Shown here: piece after piece, positions 29,435-41,400 of the stretch
Position numbering within the stretch: the stretch's first letter is position 1
How the letters are laid out: every line of letters begins with the position of its first letter
Virus record (IMG/VR): IMGVR_UViG_3300037520_001069
Location: 1,967-65,966 of that record
Source of the DNA: a virus
Lineage: Duplodnaviria > Caudoviricetes
Length of the DNA stretch: 64,000 nucleotides
Strand: one strand, 5' to 3'
Notes under the pieces: generated by a model
Told to the model about the DNA's origin: nothing
Databases searched by the model: none
What the model saw: the letters and a program-made list of their open reading frames with translations, nothing else
Translations under genes and position numbers: made by a program

Positions 29435-32400
29435 ATGGATCCACTTTTTTTGGCATCGCAGGATGCAGAGCGACGTAGGAAAGAAGAAGAGCGACTCAAG
29501 AAGGAACAATTTGAGGCGCGTATGAAAAAGAGGGAGGCATACTATGCCAACACACCTGAAGCCAGAGCGCAAAGACAGAAGGATGCATTGAAGGAAAGGC
29601 AGGCGAAGGAAGCCAACAAGCCCGGAAATATTGGCAACGCCAATCTGCCGGGCCCAAGGGTAGGCAAATTGCCAGAGGGATCTACGCAAGCACCTATAGC
29701 AAGTCAGATAAGGGCGTCGTACCTGGACTACCTCAAGGATTACAAGGAGGAAGAAGCGCCGGTAGTCACGAAACAAAAAGCCTATGTGCCTCCGCAAGAG
29801 GTGGCTGGTCTTTCTTCGCTTGAGAAAGGCGTTGATATGGAGCCGTTTGTCAAGGACTTCAACTCAAAGTATTCGAAGTATGGTATCTACGCGAAGTCTG
29901 GAACAACGGGCGTTCGAGTATCAACCACTGATGGCAAGAAATCAATGGATATCCCCGGGGCTCTTGGAAAAGTAGCCGGCGGATCCGATGCCCTCAAGAA
30001 ATTTGTATCAGAAAATTCGACAAGGGATATTGTCGGTGACCTTGGTTTTCAAGAAAAGGCCAAGTTGGCCAAACAGCAGAGGCCTGTTGCCAGGTTAAAC
30101 AAGGATGGATCTGAGAGTACTCATATGTACTCTTATGCGCAAGTTGGAAACAAGTTCGTCGCGTATCCAACTCTTTTCCCGAAATCCGCTGAATCAACAA
30201 GCAATCCTAAAGACTGGATGGAGCTTGATGGCGATAAGGCCTACAGCGAAGCGAAGAGGAGAGGTGAAACCGTTGAGTTTAACGATGAGGCGTCTGCAAA
30301 GGCGTTTGCTGCTGGGGCATGGAAGAAGTCGGTTGATCCGGGCGAAGAGCTTAGCAGAAGGGTTTTCAGGAAGATGGGGCTCGACAACTACGATCAAGTA
30401 GCCGCCGCAAAGAGAAGGCAAAACGAAGTAGAAGAGAATCTAACTGAAATACGCGAATACGAAGAGGCCGGCGTTCCGAGTGCGGCGATCCGCGCGAAGT
30501 ATGGCAAGGACATAAAGGCAGCAAAGCAAAAGCTCATCAGTGAGAGAGACGAACTCTATGAGTTCACTACATCTGACAAGGTTAGAGAGGCTATCGAGGA
30601 GTCGTCGGCGGAACAAAAGCGAGCCGTGTCCAGGTTGAGGGCCCAAGCAAAAGAAGAAGCGGCCAGGGCCAAAGAAATGCTTGCCTCAATAAATAAATAC
30701 ACCAAGGGCAAGTATGGTGAGGAATTCGTTGATCCGAGGAACTTCGAGATAAACAAAAATGTCGAAAGGTTATTGGCTAAAGACCCGATCGAGTATTCTT
30801 CAGTGATCAGGAATCTAAATGTCGCCTATAACACATACAAGCTGGCTTCAGATAAGGCGTTCACCGAAAAGACCTACCTAAACGCAACCCTGGACAAGTA
30901 TGCCCAGGAGAGATATACCGGAGCGATAAATAGCCTTTACAACTCCACCATGTCAAGCCTCAAAGAAGGTGACATGAAAAGAGTGATGGCTAAGTCGCTT
31001 TTGGCTGACCCAAATGCCAATCCAGACGACCCGGCTTTGGCTTTAGAATTGGCGAAACTTGCGGCAAAAAATGTCCCAAGCGATATTTCGCTAAATCAAA
31101 AAAGGCTCAATGAGGCGATGGAGACCAATAACCTGGAGGGTATCTGGGATGCGATTTCCGAAAACCCATTTGAAGCAGTCGCCGGCGCAGTGATCAGTTC
31201 TTTTGCGCAGGTGTTGCCCATAATGCTGGACGTTATTCCCATGACTATGGCAGCCGGAGCAGGAGCTGGGGCGGCGTATGGGGCAAGGTTAGGGCTTAAG
31301 GGAGCGGCAGCTGGAGCTTTAGCTGGCGGCCTTAGAGGTCTCACATACGGTCAGTCTATGTCTCAGTTTACTCTTGAGGTAGGCGATGCGATGTTGTCTA
31401 AAGCAAGAGAGAAGTATGATCTCACGGACACGAATCAGGCCGCCATGGCTTTAAGGGATCCGGAGGTTATTGAGGCTGCCCGGACAACGGGATTAGCGAG
31501 AGGCGGAACTATTGGCGCAGTTGACGCACTTACGACAGCGCTTACCGGTCGACTCAATCTGGTCAAGCCACTGGCCTCAAGGGCAAGCCGCGTGAGTGGT
31601 ACTGTATTGGCTAAGACGGCTATCGATATCCCCAGCGAAATGTTGGGTGAGACTTTGGCTCAAGCAGCCGCCGGTCAACAATTCAGCGCGTCTGAAGTAG
31701 CCATGGAAGGCGTGGGCGCCTTTGGGATGAACACGCCAACAACGGCTGTTGCCATATACAAGCAGGCCAGGGGCGATTATTACGCGAACATCGCCGACAA
31801 GATGTCGAAGTCTCCGTCCTTCATCCGACATATGGGTGAAGACCTGGGGACCGTTGTCGACTGGACCAACAATATGCGCCAGACCGGACAGATAAATGCA
31901 GCGACTCAACAAGACATCCTGATGAATGTGTCTTCCGTCCGGGAGGCCAGGTCTATGTTGTCAGCGGCTAATCCGAATGTGGCTCAAAGGGCGAATCAGT
32001 TGTTCTTTGGTACAGGCACAAAAGCGGAGGACCGGTTGGCTTTGTTGGTTCGCGCCAAAAACATTCTCTCATCAAACCCGACCGGCAATAAAGCGACGCT
32101 ATCGGAGATTGATAACGAAATCAATTACACCGTTCAGAACAAAGAGGTTGCTCCTAAAAGTATTTCCGTTGACCTGTCCTCGATAGTCCCACAGGACACG
32201 ATGTATATGCTCAACGGGAGATTCGTCCTCGCTGATGAGATGGAGAACTTTATTGGCAGCGGCAAGGACGGAGACAAAGACTTGACCGAATCCGATGTCG
32301 TTATCGTTGGGGACGATCGTCTCCGCAGCCTTTTCGCCGAGGCAAAGAACATGGGCGCCGGCGTGAACATCGATGAGTACGAAGACGGAGAGGCGATAAC

Positions 32401-35400
32401 GATTTCGGCCGAAACAAAAGACGAGCTACCTGCTCGTTTCCGGGAGAAAGCGAAATACAACGAAAAAAACAAGCGCTGGGAAGCAGTCACTATCAAAGAA
32501 GAGGTGAAGGCCGCTCCTGACATGGGGCCCATCACGAATGTGGTATCCGATGAGGTGTATGAGGCATTCCAGCAGGACAAGACATCTGTTCCTGAAGATG
32601 TGCTGAATGGAGTTGCTATTGCAATGGGACAGAACAAACCGCTAAGCGCCAGGCAGGAAGAGATATACCAGGAGTACAAGGATCAAATCAAGGAGTACGA
32701 GGATTTGTCCGGCGTGATATCTTCTTCAAAGGCCGAAATGGAGACGGCAACACAAGCGCTTACCGCTAAAGACCGGCAGGTTTACGCTATCGATCGGCGC
32801 ACTGGAGATCGATTCTCCGTGTCCAACGCCGAAGAGTTGGCTAAAGCCGGAGAACGTGGTATGAAGATCGTTACCACCACGAACAAGCTTTCCGGGGCCA
32901 TCGCCTTTTCCAAGAGAGGGTCTAAAATGGCGGCCGACGATGTCCGTACGCTTAAGTACGTGAAGGACTTGATGAACCAAGTTGGTTTAAGCAAGTCAAG
33001 CTATCAGAACGCTGTTGAGCAAATTGCTAAGGCCGTAGAGAATGGAGCCGATGTTGACTCCGCAATCAATACTGCAATCAACAACCTGAATAATTCGGTC
33101 GGCGTTGGCAGGTGGAACCAGAGCAAGTTCAACATGATCATGCGGGAGATCACGGGGACGGCTGTCAAGAAGTCGGCTCCAACCAAGGACATGAGGGTTG
33201 ATGTGAACATGGGCGAGTCCATGGTGAAACCAAGGGATGTTACCTACACCAAGAAGGTGTTGAGTATGCTTTCCAAGAAGTTCAACGCTGACGCCAAGGT
33301 AATCAACGACCCATCCATAATGAAGAGCGGCTGGGTGGATTATTCCGGGCCCAAGCCAACCATATACATCAACACAGCATATTCCGCCGTAGATGCCCCG
33401 ATGCATGAATACGGCCATGTGTTCCTCGATTTGATTAGAGAGAACAATCTTAGCCTTTACCAACAAATCCTCCGGGAGACTTTTGGCGTTGGCGCTACAG
33501 ATCAGAAGGACTTTCAGTCTGCATACGACAATTACATAAAAAGCGGAAAGGTAAGCGTTCCTCTCTTTAACTATGTGGACGCAAAGGTTCAGGCAAACCG
33601 CGAGAGTGGTCTCGTAGACCTATTCGACGGAATGTCCAAGGAAGAGGTTGATGTATACAATGCAGTTAAAGACGGCACTGCTGAGTTCGATAGGCCTGAG
33701 GTTGTTCGGGAGATGTCTATCGTTGAAAGGCTTTACCCTGAATATAACACAAGACAAAGAGACGAAGAGGTTATCGTAAGACTCTTGGGTCAGTACGCGA
33801 CAAAGGAGCTCGATGAAAGAGCCAAGTCGTACAATGCCATCAAGGAGTTTTGGGAGGCGATAAAGACCATGTTGGCTCAGGCCATCAAGATGTCTATAAA
33901 AGACATTGGAGCGTCCGTTGACGAGAATCTCATAAGGGACACCATTGTCCCGAACTCTACTCTACAGTACATCGGTATGCTCATGGCTAATCCGAATCTG
34001 AAGTTTAAGGACAAGATTCAGACTCAATTTGCATCGACGCAAGATCCTTATTTAAAGAAGATAACAGACGCATACGAGGATGCATCTGAGAGAGCGAGGC
34101 TCATGATGTTGTCGCCCAATGCAGCTATTCTTGCCGGGCAGCCAGATTCGAAATCATGGAACATGATTGTCTTCGAGGATAGGCAGAAGGCAATCGATTC
34201 GATGGACAATATGTTGTCTGGCGTTAAAGCTGTGTTATCAGAATTGGAGTCATACATGAACGACTCGAATGCCGTTTACAGAGACCTCAAAGACTTTGTC
34301 GAAAAGGCTGGTCCATTGTATGACCCATATACGCAAATTCAAAACAATGCATTTTTAGACAACGATGAGTTTTTGAGAATATGTAAGAAGGTGTCCGATT
34401 ACATCATGGATCCATCTCTCGAAAGGCCATCAAATATTGAGATGCTTATAGGGCTGTTCGGAAGCGATACTTCTGCGGCAAATGATTCATTTAGCTCTTT
34501 TTTAGCAGCATTTGAGATAGAGAAATCACTTGAGACCGGTGTTCCGTTGCAAGATGAGGCTCTTATAAAGTCTTTTGTATACGGGCTTACACCGGGATTT
34601 GAGAATTCCTTTCCCGCAATTCGAAAAGACATAGAATCGACAAACAAAGAGCTTACAACCCAAAGACCCGAGTTCCATTTATGGTCTATGGTTTCAAGCT
34701 CTAAGGAATCATCGCTTGGGCGAGCAGCATCGTTTTTCGGATCAACCACTGGCAATTTCCCGACGGATGCAATTGACCAAAAAGGTGTCGATAACGGTAG
34801 GACAAGGGTAATGGCCAGGCAACAAAACCGCCGAGTGAAATCCGCCAATGATGGAGGGGATTTCCTTGCGTCATCCTTGGTTACCAATCCAATGATGAGA
34901 AACTTAAACGAAAGCTTTCTGAATGGAATCGCTTACGTTCATATCCCATTCTCTGGAGACATTGAAGGGAAGAGTCTGATAAGAGACTCGAAGAAAGAAA
35001 ATTTTGGATCGGTACAGACGGGCGGCGCTCAGTTTATTGTCAGCGGTCTTGCCCCCAATAACGCCACAACGATGGCGTTAGGTAGTCAAGGCGAGGACTT
35101 TGTTGGGTTCTTGGACGCAAATGTTGATGCCCAAATCAAAAGAATGTCTGCCACAGCGGCCGCTCCAACAGGACAAAAAATATCAAGGTTCACCATTGAC
35201 GTACCGGGAAGAGGACCAACGGAATATAAGGTTGAGGCGAATAGGTCTAAAGATGGCTCGGTGTATGTGTCTTTCACGGCTGGGGGTAACTATCCAATGA
35301 CTGGAAACGCCATGCAATCTATGCCAATGGTGGCAAGTGAAGTGTTAAGAATGTGGGCCGGAACTCCCGTGACTAAGATAACTTTTTCTGTTGCAATGGG

Positions 35401-38400
35401 AGGCGGAACAAAGAGGCCTGGGGGCGAAGTTCGTGCTGGTGTTTACAATTTAATTGCAAGAAGGATGTTCGGCAAGTACGCCGTTGAGTCCGGAAGTCAA
35501 TATGAAATCATTGTTCCTGACGCGTTTAGACCAATGGTGAGCCTAGACAACAATGCCGTTAAAGACATGAGGGTCGATGGGCCTGGCATTGTACAGAACG
35601 ACGCGGTCAACTCGACGAAGTACATTATACCAATGCTGAAACTCTTGTCAAAGAAGTTCGGTACGAAGTATCAAGTAATAAACGATCCGTCTATCATGAA
35701 GAACGGATGGGTCGACTACAATGGGGCTGAGCCTGTCATTTATGTCAACATGGCTTATCCAACCAAAGATGTGGCTGCTCACGAATATGGCCATATTTTC
35801 ATTGACCTACTGAAGGTGCATAACCTTACACTATACAAAGATGTAGTCAGGGAAATATTTGGTGGTGACAGGAAAGAAATCATAGATGATGCCGATTATC
35901 AGCAATTCCGGGACACCAATAAGGTTTCGACATCTATATTCAACGGGGCTCAATATCTTATCGCAAAGGGATTGACTGTTGACCCGAGAATGCAAGAAAT
36001 GTATGATGCGGTAATGAATGGAACCGCTAGCACGGAAAAGCCTTTGATTGATGCGGAGAGAAGATATGTGGCAAGGAATTATCCTGACTTGAGCATAATC
36101 GAGCAAGAGGAAGAGATACTTGTGAGACTTCTCGGAAAGCTTGCTGCCGATGAGTTTACAAAGCAGTCCTCTCTGTATGAGACGATGATGAAGTTTTGGA
36201 GGGGTATCTACGACCTCATCAGGTCTGCAATTCAATTGTCTGTAGGAGACCTTGTGGTCCCTCAAAGCATGGGCGCCGACGTAACGCTCGAGTTTTTAGC
36301 CAAAGCACTGGTGAACCCAAGAGTCGTGTTTACGGATAGGCTAAAAGGATTCAATAGATCTACGTCTACGGCAGGTATGCCTCAATGGCTTATCGACATG
36401 GAAGACACATATAATAGGGCTCGCATCTCTGCGGCCTCTAAAATGCAGTCTCCCAATAGCGTCCTCTCAGTTATGGGCACGGATTCAGATGCTAGAGGTC
36501 AGGTCGTTGTTTTCGGGGATAAAAGTGAAGCGATATCCGTTGCCGAAGAGTACAATTCAAACATGAATAAGTTGTTTGACATCGCTGTGGACTACGGAAA
36601 CAACGTCACTCCAGAGCAAATGCTCAGGGATTATGAAAATGCAAAGATTCAGTTTTCGGGGCAACATGATGTGAATGAAGTTTCTCAGTCAAGATCTGGA
36701 TTTTCGATGTCTTGGTACGAAGATATTCAACAAGAAATCTATTTAGCGTTTGAGGGACAAGGTCAGATGCCTGATGCTTTTCGTGTTTTCGCTCTCATGG
36801 TGCATCCTGATGAAGGGGGGGCAGGTATATCTAGATTTAGGGGATGGGATTTGGTTAATAGGGTTGCTGTAGGAGATTCCGATATGTCAGCCTTAAAAAA
36901 CGGGATTGAAATAAGGATCGATTCGGTTAAGGATTATCTCAGCCGGGCCCAGAGCAATTTTAACGTTGGGCATAGAGTCAATCCGCTGCATACAGCATCC
37001 ATGATCGCAGCGACAACCACTAGTAGCGCGGAGGCATATGAGAGAACGATATTGGGTGTGGCTGGGCAGCAACAGCCTAGTGTACCCGACCAGAGTTTTG
37101 CAGAGCGGCGTTTTAAAGCTCCAGACGACTTCAATGATAATAACTTCTCTCTGGCACCGGGAAGCATGGTTACTCTTAGAGTGTATATTAATGAACTAGC
37201 GTCCAGAATGAGCTTTGTTGCAATTCCAGTGGATGCTAGGACCGATATAGAGTTAGCGTTTGTGGGTCCGAGAGAAACCATAAAGACGCAGCCTGGTATT
37301 TCGACTTTAAGAACACACATCCTTGAGAATCAACAAGGCGATTGGGCTAGAGATAACTCAGCAGCTTTAGACGGACTTGTTGCAGAAACTATTCGACGAG
37401 CAAAAAACGCCGTCACTTCTCCGCCAAGTTCTTCTTCTTCAAGATCTAGGACAAAAGAAATCATGGTTCAGGTTCCTGAACTCAAGGATAAAGACACGGG
37501 CGTGGTTACTCCGGCTTATGTAGTGACTTACCAGGTTCATACCGATCTCGAAAGCAACTCCTTTGGTCAAGGGATAAGCCTTAGATTTAACGTGAAAGGA
37601 GACACATACCTGAAATTAGAGAATGCGCAACAGTCTATGCCGAGCGTTATTCGAGCGGCTATAAGCTTATGGGAAGGAACTCCTTTGTCATATATCACTT
37701 TTGGAGTTTCGGGCATAGGAAAAGACAGCTATAAGCCTGACGGAACAATAAAAAGAACTGCGAAACAGCAAAGGGAGCAGGTTTACAACTTCTTTGGCAG
37801 AAAAGTAGCGGGAAAATATTATGAGCAGAGCGGTAGTGGTACAACGATATTGATCCCCGAAACAATGAGGCCCGTCATAAATAATACCAATCAGGGCATA
37901 AAAGACTCAAGGGTAGACCTCGACCTTAGGAATGATGGCACCGGGATTATGCTTAATGGAACGCCGGATGAAGAAATGGCTGGGCAAACACTTCCGCCTT
38001 CATTTAAAGAGGAACTGGCAAAAACGCCAGCCATATTCCCGGATGAGTACAGAGCGTCTGACGTGTTGGATGAAACTCACGCCAGTGGATCGAAGTTCAT
38101 TGGTATAATAAAAAAATGGGCGAACGGCGCTATCAAGTACAAAAAGAAAACTGGCGATGTATCGGTCGAAAAAACCTTCCTTGTCCCTTTTGCCGACAAA
38201 AATGTTTACAGTCAACTAGAGAGATTGGAGAGAGAGATTGACGCCAAAGAGGGAGATGTAGAGGCAAAGACCGAAGAGATGAATACGATCGCAAAAGAGT
38301 ATTACCAATCCACAATGCTTGGAATGGTTCAGAACTTGCTTGCGATATTCGACTCTCTTACCGACGACTTTAAGGCAAAGGCAAAAGACTGGTATATAGG

Positions 38401-41400
38401 AGCCAACAGGACGGCTAACTTCTTGTCCAATAAGTACGGCGTATCGTTGGAGCAATCCTCCGCGATACTTGCCGTCTTCAGTCCGAAGAAAGAGTGGTTC
38501 AATAACATTGCAGATGCCGAAAGGTTTCTTGATGTTATGAAGAACGACTATCAGACCGTATTCACCAAAGCAGATGCAGACAAGGTTATATCAAAGTTGA
38601 CGAAGGGCAAGGTGAATAGTTTAAAAAGTCGACGCAAAATCGAAGACAGTCAACTCAAAAAGTTCGCCGAATTGCTGAATGCTCACTTTAAGAAATACGG
38701 CGAGGTGTCCATGGAACAGATGGATCGAATGGGGGTTTCTGAAGAGGTTCAGTCACAAATCGTAAGGGGGCTTATGTCCCTTAACTACCCGAAGAATACA
38801 TACGGTATGTTTAATCCGGATGGGACTTTTGACAGGCCATCCACGACCACATATTCCGAGAACAGCTACGATAACATGGGTAAGGCAATGCGGATATACA
38901 AGGACGGGTCTCTTCAGAACATACACCAGGAACTGGGGGCGTACAATAAGATCCGTAATTTCTACAACAACATCGTAGACCCCAATAGCCCAATCCCATA
39001 TGTAACAGCGGACACCCACGCGCTATCTGGGGCCCTTGGCATATCAGTATCTGCCGATGAGGCATCCGCCTCTGGTCTTTTTGCCGAGGGGTTTTCGTCC
39101 ATATATGCCATGACCAAAGAGGCATACATTATTGCAGCTCAGATCACCGGATATTCCCCTAGAGAGATGCAGTCCATTGTTTGGGAGGCCGTCCGCACTG
39201 GCATTAACGACAAAGGTCGTAGTGCAGCGCAAAAACAAAAGATATTTAGCACAGCCACGCAGAAAAATAAGAAATCTAGATATGAAAGAACAACCGAAAC
39301 CATCAATGAAAACCAAAGCAAAAACCCAGAGTGGGGCGGAGGAAATGTCAAAATCCAGGTTCCTGAATTTTTGCAGGGAGCTGGAGATCGAGCCAAGTCA
39401 AGATTACGCGAAATTCTACTTAAATGGAAGCAGCTCAGAGGAAGAGTCGGGGCCGCTGCCAACATGGGTGGAGGGTCTACCCCTAAAAACAGCGCAAACT
39501 ACGCCTTCCTAAACTCAAGGGGTAGCATAAAGCGATCCATGCAGGTCGTCAGGATGCTACAAAAGGCTTTCCCTGATGCGGTCGTGTTCATGAGCGAGTC
39601 AGATTGGAACGAGATGGCTCCAAGCCTGAACATTAAGGCAAACGGAGCATACGGTGTCACTCAGAACGGAAAGGTGTACATAAATCCAGCCGTTCACAAG
39701 GGCGATACGGATATGTTTGAGACTGTAATTCACGAATTCGGTCACCTTTGGGTTAACTACATCAAGACATACAACAAGGCTCTTTACGGCAGGGGTATTG
39801 CGCTTGCGATGGAAGAGCCTGATGTGGCTTCCGGAAAGATGAGCGCTGAAGAAATGCTTGCAACCATGATCGGACAGAGAGGCAAGAGTGAATTGCTTGT
39901 AGCGTCTGAGAAATTTGGGTCAAAGCAGAAATTCAAGAACTTCCTTGGAGAGCTGTACGATATGCTAAGGAACGCCTTCAGGTTCCTAAGAGGCATGAGT
40001 GATGCCGAGATCGCGAGTCTTACGATGGATGAATTTATCGGTGGAGCGTTGATGGATTTGTTCTCTGGAGTGCCGATTCCGGAAAGCAGAGAGGCTTTTG
40101 AAGCCACATTTTCGGCGGATCCGCAGTTCCGGGAAACCGAGTCTGTTTACGACATGGTCAGCAGGGCAAGGATTGAAGGGTACAAAGACTCCGAGATCGC
40201 AAGGATGCTTGAGAAGAACTTGCCGGCTACTCCAGACAGAAAGGACATCATCATCGATGCTCTTCGCGTCATGCCGTTTGACTTGTTCAACGAGTTCCCA
40301 GATTCGTTTAAGAATCTCCCCGGTGGTATCAATCTTGGCAAGACCATGCTGACATCGGTATTGGACGAGGTGAAGAAATTCGCCAAGAAAGCCGTTGATG
40401 GCAAGAAACCAACCATGGCGAAGGTCCGGCAGTTTGCTTTGACAGAGCTTGGCAAGAGGGACGCTTTCAAGGATGCTCCTGAGTCATTGCGTATGCAGAT
40501 GATGATGGACCTCGACTCTATCGTCAACATCACCGAGAACAAAGCGATCCAGAATCGCATGAAGGAGTACGCCAAGAAGGTGAGGGCGATGAAGAAGGGC
40601 GCAAGAGAGTTGACCAAGATCAAGAAAGAAATGATGTCGCTCATCAGGGCTGGTCTTCCAAAGACCATGTACACCCGTAGCGATGTGGTTACTCTGTTGC
40701 GTAAACTCAACGAGGCCACTTACGCAAACATCAAGCAGGTCCAGGATGAGGTGTTCGAGTTCATTACGAGCATCAAGGTTCGCGACCTAAAGGAGAAGGT
40801 CAAGAAGCAGTTGGACATAGCCACGACAAAAATCGAGTACAACAAGAGAAAGGGTAAGTCCACGATTGGTCTTCAGGACACCATGGAGTTCATCAACCAG
40901 AACATCATGGACGAAAAAGCGTCTCCAGAACAGATCAACGAAAGGATCGTGAAGCTGCAAGGCATTATTGACACGGAGTCGAACCCGGACATAATCGCAG
41001 CAGCCCAGATGGCTATGAACTACAATAGAGCCCTGATGCTTGAAGACAACGAGTTCATCAAGTATCAATACTTGAGCGATGTGTCTGATTTCCTCAAGGC
41101 GCTTATCAACGAAGACCGGGCGATCTTCAGACAGATCATGGCGGAATCCGTGGCCTACTACAACAACTTGAAATCGGCTGCTTTCTTTGACATAACCGGT
41201 AACGCTGTCGACTTCAGTAACGCCCAAGAAGTTGAGGCGGCTGAGGATTCATTGTCCGGCGCACAGGTCGAGCAATCAAGGAGCCGTTTTAGGGCAATCA
41301 TGTCAAAGGCCGCAAGCTCTCTGTTTGTTGCGTTTGAATCGATTGAGGGTCTTGTTGAGCGAATCTCTTTCGCGGCAGACGAGATGTTCGGCGGTGTGTT

